DNA of 64,000 nt, from NCBI RefSeq assembly GCF_037042905.1, contig NC_087251.1, positions 20,524,001-20,588,000 of the forward strand. The letters run 5' to 3'. The position numbers were made by a program, and so were the translations under genes. The notes under the pieces are model-generated. The model searched no databases. It was given only the letters and a program-made list of their open reading frames with translations, and had not been told where the DNA came from. This document shows positions 1-31,800 of the stretch, one piece after another (position 1 is the stretch's first letter; every line of letters begins with the position of its first letter). The stretch is from Lytechinus pictus. Taxonomy: Eukaryota.

Positions 1-216
1 ATGACCCTCAGATTACATGGTGATCACTACACTGTAAAATTACTAAGATATACATGCAAGATATAAACCATACATCAAATGATTAACAATGAATAAAAAA
101 CATTCTAGCACAATATTTCAACAAGCAGAAATAATTTTTAAAGTCCTCCTTAATGTTGAATACTTGATAAATTCAAAAGAGATGCTCTATAATTAATATT
201 TAAACTGGGTTCCAAC

Positions 217-779
217 AGGAAAGTGTGAGACCCATTTAACAAAAGTTTTCATACAATATTTTTATGAGAAATTTTCCTAATCTAAACTGGGTTCCAACAG
301 AAACTTATCAACTTCACAAGCGCACGACACAAATTCATACATTATCCTTTTTTTTTTTACCTCAATGGTGTGTTTAAAATGTTAATTTTAACTTCCAGTA
401 ACTTCTTAGTTATTGAGGCAATCAATTAAACATGCCAATGGTCATACTGTGAACTTTTATAAACGCCAACGGGTAAGTTTGTTTAATCCATTTTCATTGG
501 TCTTTCTTTTGGCATTTGTGACTTTGGATTCTGGAACCATTTGGTTTGAGAGGCTACATCCTCTTTGTTATAAAACCAATCTTTTAATTATTGACATGTG
601 CTTAGTAAAGATTATTGAAGCTAGCCTGTGTCAAACGTTTGTTCATTTTGACTGAGTGCAATTTGTGTCGTGCGCTTGCAAAGTTTGATAAGTTTCTTTT
701 GGAACCCAGTTTAGATTTAGAAAATTTCTCATAAAAATATTGTATGGAAACTTTTGTTACATGGGTCTCACACTTTCCT
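217..779. mobile_element. Foldback/MITE-like element with ~120-bp terminal inverted repeats
   Basis: 217-335 (aggaaagtgtgagacccat..gcgcacgacacaaatt) is the near-perfect reverse complement of ~660-779 (aatttgtgtcgtgcgcttg..atgggtctcacactttcct). Confidence 0.75.
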
Positions 780-1559
780 CCAAGACACAGGAGTATGAGG
801 GATCACAAATAAAAAGATCTTAAAGACTGTTGAAAAAAAAAGTTGAAAATTAAAGACCTCTCATACTATTATATAGAGGAAAGTGGAAATAAGCTGAAAT
901 TAAGCTGAAAATCAAAACCAAAAATAGCTGAAATCGGCTATAAACCTCAAACCTCGCACCACTGAAATTTGTCTTTAAGAGGACTTCAGCAGTCAGCACA
1001 CTTATTGTACCTTTTGAGATCACCAATCTGAATCCGAGTTTCAGCATGACAGATAACAAGTTCATATATCTTCATAAAAAGTACACAATTTTGTGCACAA
1101 ATTAAATGCTTGACATCAATGTCATCATCATGAAATTCAAGGTAGAAATGATTTCAGAGGCATTAACTCTTGTCGAGATGAGGAAGACAATTAATTTGAG
1201 ACTTCCTAGTGGCAACTACCATCAATTATTATGTCATTGCATGTTTAAGAAAGGCAAATATAACTTACAGAGGTGTAACACGTGCAAATTTTGTTGGACC
1301 ACATGCTTATATAATGAATAGAATTCATTATATATTGAATATATATTGAATAGCCATTACTGGTATTTTTATTCAGTTTCCTTGAAGAATAAATTGACAC
1401 ATTGCATGGTTCAAATTCAATTTTTAGGAGTATCCAATAGTGTATTTCCCTTTACAAAATACACTTGCATAAATATAGATAACATTTGTACTAGTAATAT
1501 TTACTAGTACACAGTATATATTTCCAAAACATATGGAAATAGAAAGCCTTAGCACCTTG

Positions 1560-1998
1560 TAATAAGCCAGTTCACGGTTAGCTCATGATCAACTTTTCTC
1601 AAATGACCTTTGTGATTTTTCATTAGGATAAGCACTATCATTTTCAAACGTAGATGTTGCGTAAGCTTTACCAGTAGAGTATTCAAATTCTAAGAACAAA
1701 AGGCATTGTGTAGACCGGGTGACTAGAATAGTACATCAGGGATAAAGTTTGGAAATCTGTTTTATTGTCTGCCTTTGGCACATTTGACTATTGTTTAGGC
1801 TACTGTCAAATACCAGTGATTATGAAGGCTCTATTTATTACTCTTCAGCTTGGATGTGATAAATATTTTGAAAGGAATACATGAATAATCATCAAATCAC
1901 AAATGCCTATGTCAGTGAATTTGAAAGCCACCTTCATGGTTGTCTCCAATGACCTTTTTCTACTCGTGCGCAGTTTACAACCGTGAACAGGCTTATTA
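1560..1998. mobile_element. Small MITE with ~20-bp TIRs
   Basis: taataagccagttcacggtt at the left end, aaccgtgaacaggcttatta at the right end (1 mismatch). Confidence 0.55.
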
Positions 1999-2529
1999 TG
2001 TAATTCTATCAAAAAACCTACCTAAGATGCTAGGCAATAATCTGGTGAAGGACTAAATGTGTCCCCCACACCTCCCCCCCCCCCCTTAAAATTTCCCTCA
2101 ACTAAGTTGAAGTACTAATAACTCTTTGAAAAGCTAAATTTTCCTAGCTGATCATGATCACTTTATATAAATCAAATGTTGGTATTCTTACAACACTGAC
2201 ATTGCTAAGTGAACTTAAATCAGACTTTTATAGTCGGTTAATTGTCAACACCATCCTCAAGTACAAATAAATCTTGCAGTGAAAAGTGTGCTAGGATCTA
2301 AAGACTAATTTCACAATCAAATTTCAAAAATGAAATTAATTTCACTTTTGCCATGAATCGAATGAAGATGAAAGCTGAAATTCCATTCAAGTGTGGGCTG
2401 CAATTATTGTTTAGTCTAGATTTTTATCTGAGTTAAAAAAGCAGAATCCAACACAGGTGGAGTTGTTTCAAAGAAAATATTTTCAAAAAAAAAAACAATA
2501 AAAAAAAAATCAAATGTGGATTCAAATTG

Positions 2530-3567
2530 AATTGACCTTAGACCTTGGTCACGCGACCTGAAACTCAGGCAGGATGTTCAGTAATACTTGATTACCCTGA
2601 TGTTTAAGGGTGTGTTTATGCTTCCATTGCGAGGACGGAATCAGCGTTTTCAAACGTCGATTCAAAACGCCGATCGTAAACGTGGTTCTGGGAGTGCTGT
2701 TTATGCTTAACTTTTCATAGGTGAAATCACGATCTCCAGCTGGCTTCGCATCGTAATTTTCGTTGAGCAGGAAAGCAAGGTCAAATTGGGCGCGCCCTTT
2801 CTCGAAAGTTATTTTTCCGAGTGTTCTTATGGGGAAGGTACGTCGACTGTTATATAAACATCTAACAATTTCCGATATTTTAGTCATTGCATGGAGCTTC
2901 TTGATATAGCCACATAATTTCCACCATGGTGAGGATAATAGTAAGAAAAAATAAAGAATATTAAGTATACAAAATAATAAAATATCAATTTGTTTATGCT
3001 ACTGGGGCATCTGGCGATGTCTCCTCATTATAACTCATATTCCGGGTTTTTTGGTGTAAATCCCTCAACGTTCATCGTGATGACAAATTGGAAGAGTAAT
3101 ACTAGTAATAGTACTAAACATGCAAAACAAGGGAGGTGAGAGGTGATTCCGTGGAGGTAACATGCGACCATGGAGCAATGCGATTGTATTTGCCCGCGGA
3201 TTTTCATCTCACCGGAAGCATGTACCAAATGACGTAATTTAAACACGTTTACGATCGTTGTTCTGTTTATACTTCCCCAGAAAGCCTGATTCTGGTCAAA
3301 CGACGTATACAAACGCACCTTTTCGTGAGTTTACGATCGGCGTTTTGAAACAGCGTTTAAATGAAAGTAAGCATGGACGCAACCGTGTTTTGGACTAATC
3401 ACGTTTGGAAACGCTGATTCTGGCCTGAAAAGTGGAAGCATAAACACGGCCTAAGTTTCATGAACTAGGTCCATATACTTTCTAAGTTATGATGACATTT
3501 CAAAAACTTAACCTTAGTTAAGAGTTCAATGTTGACAACAACGCCGCCGTCGGAAAAGCGGCGCCTC
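2530..3567 (+). mobile_element. 3' part of Helentron/DINE-like family A, interrupted by the Harbinger element
   Basis: gaccttggtcacgcgacctgaaactcaggc... and gccgccgtcggaaaagcggcgcc match 51750-51925. Confidence 0.7.
2608..3451. mobile_element. PIF/Harbinger-like non-autonomous element with TAA target-site duplication, nested in a Helentron-like repeat
   Basis: TAA|gggtgtgtttatgcttcca...tggaagcataaacacggcc|TAA. The flanks rejoin to match the uninterrupted repeat copy at ~51810 (ttatgtctaagtttcatgaac). Confidence 0.85.
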
Positions 3568-3845
3568 AAGTCTAAACTATGTGAAAAAATACAAATAATT
3601 AGGTACACGAAGAGTGGTTTCACCACCAATTCTCATTTTTCTCCTTTCACTAAAATCAACAAACGTTGAATTTTCCTTTAACTTAATATGAGAATATTAA
3701 ATAAGTGACAAATTTCTTTTGGCTACAATTTGATTGGTATAAAAAATAACTTTCCTCAATAATTCAGATATCTATATCTTTAAAAAGAAAAATGGAACTT
3801 CAAAAGCTGCCATTCCTTCAGTTGTTTTGTGAAGTCTCTTGATCA

Positions 3846-22852
<19,007 letters not shown>

Positions 22853-22971
22853 GATGCAAGAAAAACTAATATTGTCTGCAAACAGTTAATCCGGCACCGG
22901 TACGTACCCTTCAAGACGACAGCTGCATTACCATCCGCCGCTTCCGCATATTCGGGATCCAGGATGCAATA

Positions 22972-25900
22972 CCGTACGCTGCCCAATCGTCGCTCAGTTT
23001 ACGTATTTTCCTTTATGTTTCATTCAATGAGCTACGATATGCTTACTTCCATATGTCATCTGAAAGCGAAAATACTGGAAAATCGTTTCATAGGATAATA
23101 ATTATATGTCTTAGAAGCCCCGCTGCGTAATTCGCCGTTTTTGGCACCCCTTGCGCCTGCCCAATCGCCGCTCACCATTGCCCTAACTCCGCTCGCTTAG
23201 CGCGCGCATATATACATGGTGTTTCATAAGGCCTGATACTGTCTAACTCTTTTTTCTACCATTTTTTCTTGCACTTCTGAGTGAGAAAGTGTGTAATTTT
23301 GTTGTGATTAAATGTATTGTTTACAAGTTTTATAGTACCCGGTACTATACACTGTATAAAATGTTTCTTTCGCCAAGTGCAATTATTTTTAGGGCCTCAA
23401 AGTAACTTTTTGTTACTGATCTACGCCTATATATCGGTTTTTTTTATCCTCCAAACTTTATTCCGTATTTTTTATAAAATACATATTTTCAAAAAACCTT
23501 TCCCGACAAACTTTTAACTGATTTCAATTGTCTAATAATATGAATATGATTCTAATCCATTCATGAATTTTATGAGTATATTATTATTTATTTATTTATT
23601 TCGGAAATGAAAAGTATATGAAATTGGAACAATTAATGTAATACAACATTAACAGAGTATATATAGATTGAGCACCCACTGGGTCAAATAAATTACTGTT
23701 GTCAATAAAGACCATGACCCTAACCAGTGCTATAATAAGGGTGCTTACAAAAAATCGGAAGCGGATAAAAGAGTCAGCATGGACAAAAATGTTTAAAGAA
23801 CAATATATATAATAGAATAACATGCTTGATATAGTTAAGTTAACTTAATTAACTTAAAATATCAATATTGATGAATTTACATTCTTATAAATAAAACGCT
23901 ATAAAACTCTTTTAGCACATTCGCCATTCAAAGTAATAATTTTCGCCACTCATCCAACTTGAGTGCCCCCCCCCCCCTTTGTCGTCCCTTCCGCTCATCG
24001 CCCCCAGATGCCATTGGCCATTGATTTCCATTATTATTTTTTTTTATTAGAAATAATTATTTGCATCCTCCTTCAGGTTCTAAATCAAATTTGTTGCTTT
24101 TACACTATCTTGACTCATTATTTATCAAGTATATGTATTCGTGTATCCCACTTTTTTGTTTACTCTTTACTTTTTCTTGTCGTATTGATATTTTATGGGA
24201 CTCTCACTGCATAATTCTTTGGAGCCTTCAACCAACAAGCTTTGCTTTTACTTTTAGCTCCCTCATATCCACATCTCTCATTTTCTTTCTTTGTCATAAT
24301 TTTAGAACCAATTACAAGAATACATTCTAGTACTTTTTTCTATTGTTATATACATTTCATATTTTTACGATGTTTATTTATGCTTATCTATGAAAACTTG
24401 TAGGCCTATTGTATGATTTTATTGTTTGTATTGAATTGTTGATTTTTTGAAAATGTGAAATGTTGATGTGCATAAACCTTGAACCCTGAACTCCGATAAT
24501 ATTTTTGGGGGGATTCCCTTATATTGACTTTCATTTTAAAAAAGCTCATCTTGAAAAACAACAATAAATATTTAATCACCTCGCTGGTTTAAGTTCATAT
24601 TCGAACTTCCGTCAATAATAGGAGAGGGAAAAAGGCACTCAAGAAAATTCTATTTGTTCAAAATAAATTGGTCAATTTAAATCCTGTTCCGTTTTCAAAC
24701 AAAACACAATTAAAAAAAGGAAATCTCCAGAAACATGACAAAGTTTCATCTATTCAAATCAATCAGGAAACTACTGACCGAGTTCAAAAAGTCTATATAG
24801 GCCCATTAGTGGGAGATTTTTTCTTATTTATTCATTTAAATTCTTTATTTTATTTAGATTTATAGATATGAATCAGATAGGCATGCAGATAATGCATATG
24901 GGCCTACCATAAAATATATGTATCATTAGGCTCATAAGTTATCACATATAGGCCTAATTACACATCTATTTCCATCATTCCAATTAAATTATCCCTAAAT
25001 GTCATACTCTGAGTAAATCATATTGGTAATCATCAAAATATGAATACGCCACATAAAAAACCAGTATTACGATCGATAATAGCCTAGAAGACATGCCAGC
25101 CTGCCAGGGGCCGCGGAACCGGGGGAGGGGCTTCACCCCAGAACAAAAAAAAAACTATCCCTATATCTCTAAGTTGTTTGTACGTCGGTATTTAGTGATA
25201 AACATCGAAGTCTCATTTTTTAGCATTGATGACCCTACGATTCGTTATAGAGCAAGATAATTTTTGTAAAACTTTTTCCCAAACACTTTGGGCCGGGACA
25301 ATGATTACAATTAAATCTCGAAATATTTCTGGTGAACAGTTACAAACTCTTTTGATCATCTTTCAACATTTCTGTAAACGTCAGCTTATCTGCCTGCTCC
25401 ATGATAAATCGTTGACGACCGAGGGGCTTTTATTTGCCGTCACCCTCAGCTAAAGGGAGAGAGAGGGGGGGAGATAGAGAATAAATCATAGGAGAAGTGA
25501 GAGAGGAAAATGTAAAAGAGTATAAAGAAGAAAAAATGGCCGCGTCGCAAAAAAGACAACGGAAGAGGTATCAATCAAGGCCGGAATAGGAAAATAATGA
25601 AATGAAAAAAAAAAGATTAAGAGGAAGGAAAATAAAAGGAAGAAGACAAGACGAAAATGAGAGTTGGGGGACCGACAAATACCTGTCCCCTTCATTTAGA
25701 ACAAAATAACTATTCAGCCTGCGCTTCGCACCCGCATTGCCCGTTTGTTTCATTATTCATGTCTTGTTTTCAAGTCATTCTCGGTTTGTAACATAAAACA
25801 CAGAAGCGGATCTAGAGGGGGGGTTGGGGGGGTTGCAACCCCCCCCAAAAAAAAAAAAATCCGGGGACCATTTTTTTAAATCTTATCTTTTTTTTAAAAC

Positions 25901-27634
25901 TTGTAATTTTATTTTAAAAGAGTGGTGTTTTAGATGCAAGAAAACGCCATTTTCACACACAGATTTTCAAAAATTTTCCCTACTGTGGGAGGGGGGACAC
26001 CCCCCTCCCACACCCTCCCCCCTCGCTCGCTCCGCTCGCTTGGACTCGGTCGCTACGCTCCCTCGCATACCACCCCAACCCCCCCCTTTATAAAAAGCTG
26101 GATCCGCCCCTGAAACATCATTACAAAAGTGCTTAAAATGTTTCGTTTTTTCTCTGAATCAGGGGCGGAAATCTCTCCCAAAAAGTAGGGGGGGGGGCAA
26201 GGGGCTGGAAAATTTGACAAGCAAAAAATTATGAATTATGACCTGAAATAAATTCAGACATTCCTACATTGTTTACACTTAATTTTCATCTCATATTAAA
26301 TTCACGAGTTGAATTAGTAGAGTAATCAGGCGTTACCATGGCAACATACCATTATCATGCATTCAAATGAACTTATATCCATGCAGAACACTCTGTTGTT
26401 TTCGATATTTAATTCAAACGAATTGGTCAAACCTATATAGATTTTGGCATTTTCATTGTCATTTTCCACCATTCATCTTTTCCCACCATAATGTTGATTT
26501 ATGATGGCAATTCAATAAATGCCCCCAACGTCATTGGCCAAAGTTCCGTCATTGACTTTAAATTACCTTTGACCGTGGCATGACCTGAAACTCACTATAG
26601 GATTTTCACTGACTCCCTTATTTCGAAGTTTCATGATAGCTATAAAAACCTGTAGGCCTATTTCAAACTTATGATTACATTTCACAAACTTATCCTGTTT
26701 TAAGATTTCAATGTTTACGACGCCGCCCGCGCCGCGCGGCGCCGTCGGAAAAAGCGGCGCCCTGCATGTCTCTGCAGGCAATCAAGACAATTGTATTTTT
26801 CTGCGGGAAAGATAAGCCGTTACCATGGCAATGTATCTTTTGCAAATACTTTGATGACTTGATAGGCCTATATCTAGAAATTGAATTTGGAAGGCTTAAG
26901 AATGATAGATTGGACCATTTAAATTGACAGGGTAATGTGCCATATATATAGGATCAACTTTTTTAAAAAACATATTAATCAGTTGCCATGGCAACGGCGG
27001 AAGGAGGCATTTATGAAACTGGCAACAAGCGGATTCATGTTCAGCACCATCAAAATAGAGGAAATGACACAAAAAATCAGATTCTAAAGAAAAGTCTACT
27101 TGAAAAATTATGACAATTCCGTTTAGGCCCTATACTCTTACAATGATTATCATACACAATCAGGGTGAGCGGAGTTAGGGCAGGCTGCTATCTCAAGGTA
27201 TGCCCTCGCTAATTCATTCACACAACAAATATTCATTCTAGAAAAAATTGTCATGACGACATATCAGGACCTCCCGCACCTACGACTCTCACATTTTCAT
27301 TCATCATATAAGAATATAACATTTTTCACTGTTTTTAGGAGTTTTTAAAGTGATTGAAAAAAAACGTAATTTGGTGCAGTTGCGGTACAGTTGATCGAAG
27401 TTCAAACAGTTATCGGGTTACTTTACATTTAAAGCAGTATTTCACGATGATTTATTAAGGGATTGATTTTATTTTTCCACACTTTGTTTTTTCATGTAAT
27501 GGTCTCCTCTTGGGTGCTTAATTATGCGAGTATACTAAACAATAAGGAATTTGGGACGAATTTAAAATGATAATCATAATAAGCAGCGTGCGCATCGCGC
27601 TTGTGAGGGTGAGCGAGAATTGGGCAGCGTACGG
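22972..27634. mobile_element. Tc1/mariner-pogo-like element boundaries (TA target) enclosing ~4.7 kb with nested MITEs
   Basis: TA|ccgtacgctgcccaatcgtcgctca at the left and tgagcgagaattgggcagcgtacgg|TA at the right (25 bp, 2 mismatches); related subterminal repeats at ~23155-23197 and ~27163-27186. Confidence 0.6.
25801..26112. mobile_element. GC-rich MITE with gcggatc(t/c)ag ends
   Basis: cagaagcggatctag...ctggatccgcccctg, with internal G/C runs. Confidence 0.65.
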
Positions 27635-27850
27635 TACCGGTTTTTGTTTTCCGATGAAAAAAAAAATCCGGGGTCAAAATAGAAAGAAGTTATACTTGTA
27701 AGACTTTACTCACGACAAGACAACACCATTTTATTGATAATTTCATTTAAGTAGGCCTATTTCAAAAGCTAATTCTTCTTTGAGGAAAGATTCCCATGTT
27801 CTTTTAAATTAACTGTGGGATTAACTCCATCTGAACAGAAGCCTAACACA

Positions 27851-28174
27851 CAGGGGCGGAAATCTCTCCCAAAAGGTAGGGGGGACAAGGGGCTGGAAAA
27901 TTTGACAAGCAAAAAAAAGTTATCACCCCAAATTTAATGTCATTTCGACGAAAATAAATTTGACAAGCAAAAAAAAAAGAAGAAAAAAAAGGTTATCATC
28001 CCAAAAGTAAGGTCATCTCGTCCTAAAATACATGTTTTATTTCGATTTTGAATGATGTATTTCTTACCATCATAAAAGACCACAAATAGTAGGGGGACAT
28101 TTGATATTGTGTCCCCCCCCCCCTATACTATTTTTAGTAGGGGGGACTCGTCCCCCCTGGGATTTCCGCCCATG
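27851..28174. mobile_element. hAT-type MITE with 8-bp TSD
   Basis: CTAACACA|caggggcggaaatc...gatttccgcccatg|CTAACACA; a truncated 5' copy lies at ~26160-26230. Confidence 0.85.
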
Positions 28175-28867
28175 CTAACACACCGTTTGTGTCTTCTTTA
28201 TGCGACCCTAGCTTATTCTTTTTAAACTGCACTTAAAAACGACTGAGGGCACTAGAAAATGCTCGCTTAAGTTCGATCATCTCTCAATTTGAGATCCAAA
28301 TAACAAATTTATATCAACTACTTTTTCAACCGCTCATATTTTATTCCCTTAAAAATACGTTCCGTATAATGCTTTTTCCAATCTAGTTAAAGTTTGATCG
28401 TGAATTGTAAGTATAAACATTGATTCGATATGATTACGAAAAGATGGATAACTATATATATAAGCCCTAGCATCTTCAATATAGCTCTTTATTTTGGGAT
28501 CCTCTAAATCTTGAAATTCTGGTACAGTCAGTCTATATGGCTATCACGGCCCTGCCAGTTCGGATTGCCGCTCTACAAAAATTAAGGGTGCCTAGTTTTT
28601 CCTCTTTAATTTAATTGAAAATCAATTTATAAAACTGTAAAGGGTATTACATTTTTGGAATGGCAATGATGAGTTTGAGTTATAGATTTTCAAACGAATA
28701 TTGGATTGGTTTGGGGGTGGTAGAAAGGGCACTTGCCCACCTCTCCATTTGGAGGATATATATCCGTCCTAGTATTTCTTCTTTTTGGGGAGAGGGTGGG
28801 GGCAATACGAGTTTTTGCCCCTCTCCCCATGTGCCCCTGGAGCCTAATCAATCGTTCAAAGACTTAA

Positions 28868-29476
28868 AGGTCAAGTCCACCCCAGAAAATTGCTGATTTG
28901 AATCGATAGAGAAAAAATAAACAAACATAACGCTGCAAATTTCATCGAAATCGGATGTAAAATAAGAATGTTATGATATTTTTAAGTTTCGCTTATTTTT
29001 CACAATACAGTTAAATGCACAACTCAGCGATATGCAAATGAGAGAGACGATGATGTCCATCACTCACTATTTCTTTTGTTTTTTTTTATCGTTGGAATAA
29101 TACAATGTTTCCATTTTTACAGATTTGACAATAAGGACCAACTTAACTTAACCATAAACTGTTAAAATGATGGTAATTCCACATTTTCAGGGAGAAATAA
29201 AACTTCTTTTCACTTGACAAGGAGGAGAAAATTAGAATATTTCATATTTCATATGATAAAATACAAAAGAAAATAGTGAGTGGGTGACGTCATCAATCTG
29301 CCAATTTGCATACCGACCAGGATGTGCATATTACTGTTTTGTGAAATTAAGCGAAACTTTAAAATGTCATAACTTTCTTATTTTACATCAGATTTTGATG
29401 AAATTATCAGCGTTTTGCTTGTTGGATTTTCTCCTTTTTTTTTAAATCAACGTTTTGTTGGGGGTGGACTTGTCCT
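28868..29476. mobile_element. Kolobok-like MITE with TTAA TSD and long internal inverted repeats
   Basis: TTAA|aggtcaagtccacccc...ggggtggacttgtcct|TTAA. Confidence 0.8.
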
Positions 29477-30836
29477 TTAACTAAACAATGAAGGTAATAT
29501 TTTTGTCTCGCCTGTAATGGGACACTATAAATTTAGTGTATAGATGGTAGCCTCGAGTCTTTCGAATATGCCCCATGCCCCAGTAATATTAGGCCTATCT
29601 CATAACCCTGAGAAGTGGGGGTGCTGAAGCACCCCCAGATTTCCTTTGGAGGTGCTGCGTGTATTATTCTCCATGTAGGCAGCACCCCCTGGAATTATGG
29701 TAGGTGTTTAAAAAAAGAGGGAGAAATGTAACTAAAATGACCTATATATTTTGTAGTAAAACCCCCTCTTTTCTTGCTTGTCAAATTTACATCAGCAACC
29801 CGAGTAGAAACTAATTATTAGTATTCTTTATTCAGGTTCATGAAATAGAGGAGAGCATAAAAAATTTAATGATAATTGAATTTTTAAAGAGTGTATAAAA
29901 GTAAAAATAACCATGAAAACCAATAAGAATCCTCAAAATGACTAATTTTTAAGTCATTTTTTCCCAAAAATTGCAGTCCTTCGAAGTACCTATATAGCTT
30001 GGTGGAGAAATAAGGCTCTATCATTTTTCTTAAAACTTCGGTCTAAAGCCCAGACAAAGGATTACCCCCCCCCCCTCCCAATTGCGTACAGACGTGGGTT
30101 TTGGCGGCCAAGGACCACTCTAAAAGTTTCACGACCTAGAAAGAAGGAAACCAAAACAAAAAAGGAAAAGAAAAAGGGTGAAATATGAAGATAAATTATA
30201 TTTTGAAATATCATGTCAAAATTTATCATAAAATAAGATATTGTATTAAAAGGTCAAATTTTTTGCTTCATCACTTTGCTCGCTCGCAGCTTGTTAAAAC
30301 AAGTAAATTTGGCGCTTTATGCCAAGTCTGCCCCCCTAGAAATTTTAGACTCGTAAAGCCACTGGAATCCCCTTTTAAACTAAAAGAACGCATTCCTTCA
30401 AAGAGAACAATATTGTATCAGTCATCCCCCGACCATGAATATCGATCGAGACCCATGCTTATACTGTTTTATTGTTGATTTTAGCATTACCTTACATGGT
30501 TATGTGTATCAATTGACGAATAATATGTGTATTGACTAATTAATAATTCCTTATGTTATATTTACGTGATGATCGAGCACTCAGTCGCTTCGTTCCCAAG
30601 CGCAAATATAAGTAAATGTTTCTGAATTGATTATGGAATATACAAGTTCCTGATATTTAGGATACAAGTAGTGGTTGCAGAAACGTGAATTCAACAAGAG
30701 CGTGATATTGACAGTGGGGGAAATGTACTGAAATGCCAAAAGGAAAGAGAGTAAACTTTTATGTATACCGAAATCACTTATCAGACAGTCATGCTCCTGA
30801 GGATATTGCATGACAAAATTTCTGATATCTTGAGTC

Positions 30837-31800
30837 CAGTGGCGTAACTATGGGGGCACGTGCCCCCCCCCCCCCATCGGTTGGCAAAAAAGGAGAAAAA
30901 GGGGGAGAAAGAAAGAGAAACGTAGTGGAGGAAGAAGAAATTGTATTATATTATACATAATAAATGTTTTAATAACTTTATGAAACATAGGGCATATCAT
31001 TCCTGGTGCTCGCATTGTCCGTTAAAGAGATAATCATGTTGTAACATCCCGCTTTCAAGTCAATATTCACCAAATATATTTCCTCGCACTTCGAGTTATT
31101 TTTGTTTTATGTAGTGACATATATTCATGACTAAAGTGATTGCCCCCTTTAAGGTCTGAATATAAAACATTTCCAATCCGTGCTTACGTTCGCATTAGTA
31201 GATTGGTGAGATATGTCTGCTCTTCATGAAAATTCCTACAAACAGTCCTTCCCTTTTCTTGTCTAAATGTCATATTTTCAGCTCGCGCTTCGCGCTCTCA
31301 ATATTTGATTAGTTAGATATGTATCAAATTCATGATCACAATGACTACAAAAAGTGCTTCATGTGTTTAGGTGTAATTCTAACCAAATCAGCAATTGCTT
31401 GGCGCTCGTATTTAGAATACTATGGTGAGATGGATATGCTCTCCATGAATTCCTAAATAAAATAATCCTTAAAATGTCCTTGGTCGATATATACAAAATT
31501 TTCAGCTCGCGCCTCGCGCTCGCATTGTTTGTTTAGTGAGACGGGTACGTATCATGATGACAAATGCTTATATATAATGTCAATTTCTAAGGTCTCAATT
31601 TTAAAAAAAAATCAGCTCGCGCTTCGCGCTCGTATTTTTTTATTAGTGAGATACATATCCGTTCAATGGCACAGTCCTTAAAATGTCTCTATATGTCGGT
31701 ACAGCTGACGATTGAGCGCGTTTCGCGAGCCAACTGAGTGACTCAACATTTTTGCTGGTGCCCCCCCCCCCACCATGCCGTGACCCACGGTACGCCCATG
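30837..31800. mobile_element. hAT-type non-autonomous element with 8-bp TSD and internal tandem array
   Basis: CTTGAGTC|cagtggcgta...tacgcccatg|CTTGAGTC; contains repeated gctcgcgcttcgcgctcg units. Confidence 0.85.

Noticed and set aside
2549..3318. ORFs inside the Harbinger-like element as transposase
   Set aside because: Short, with no DDE or Myb-like motifs; the element is non-autonomous.
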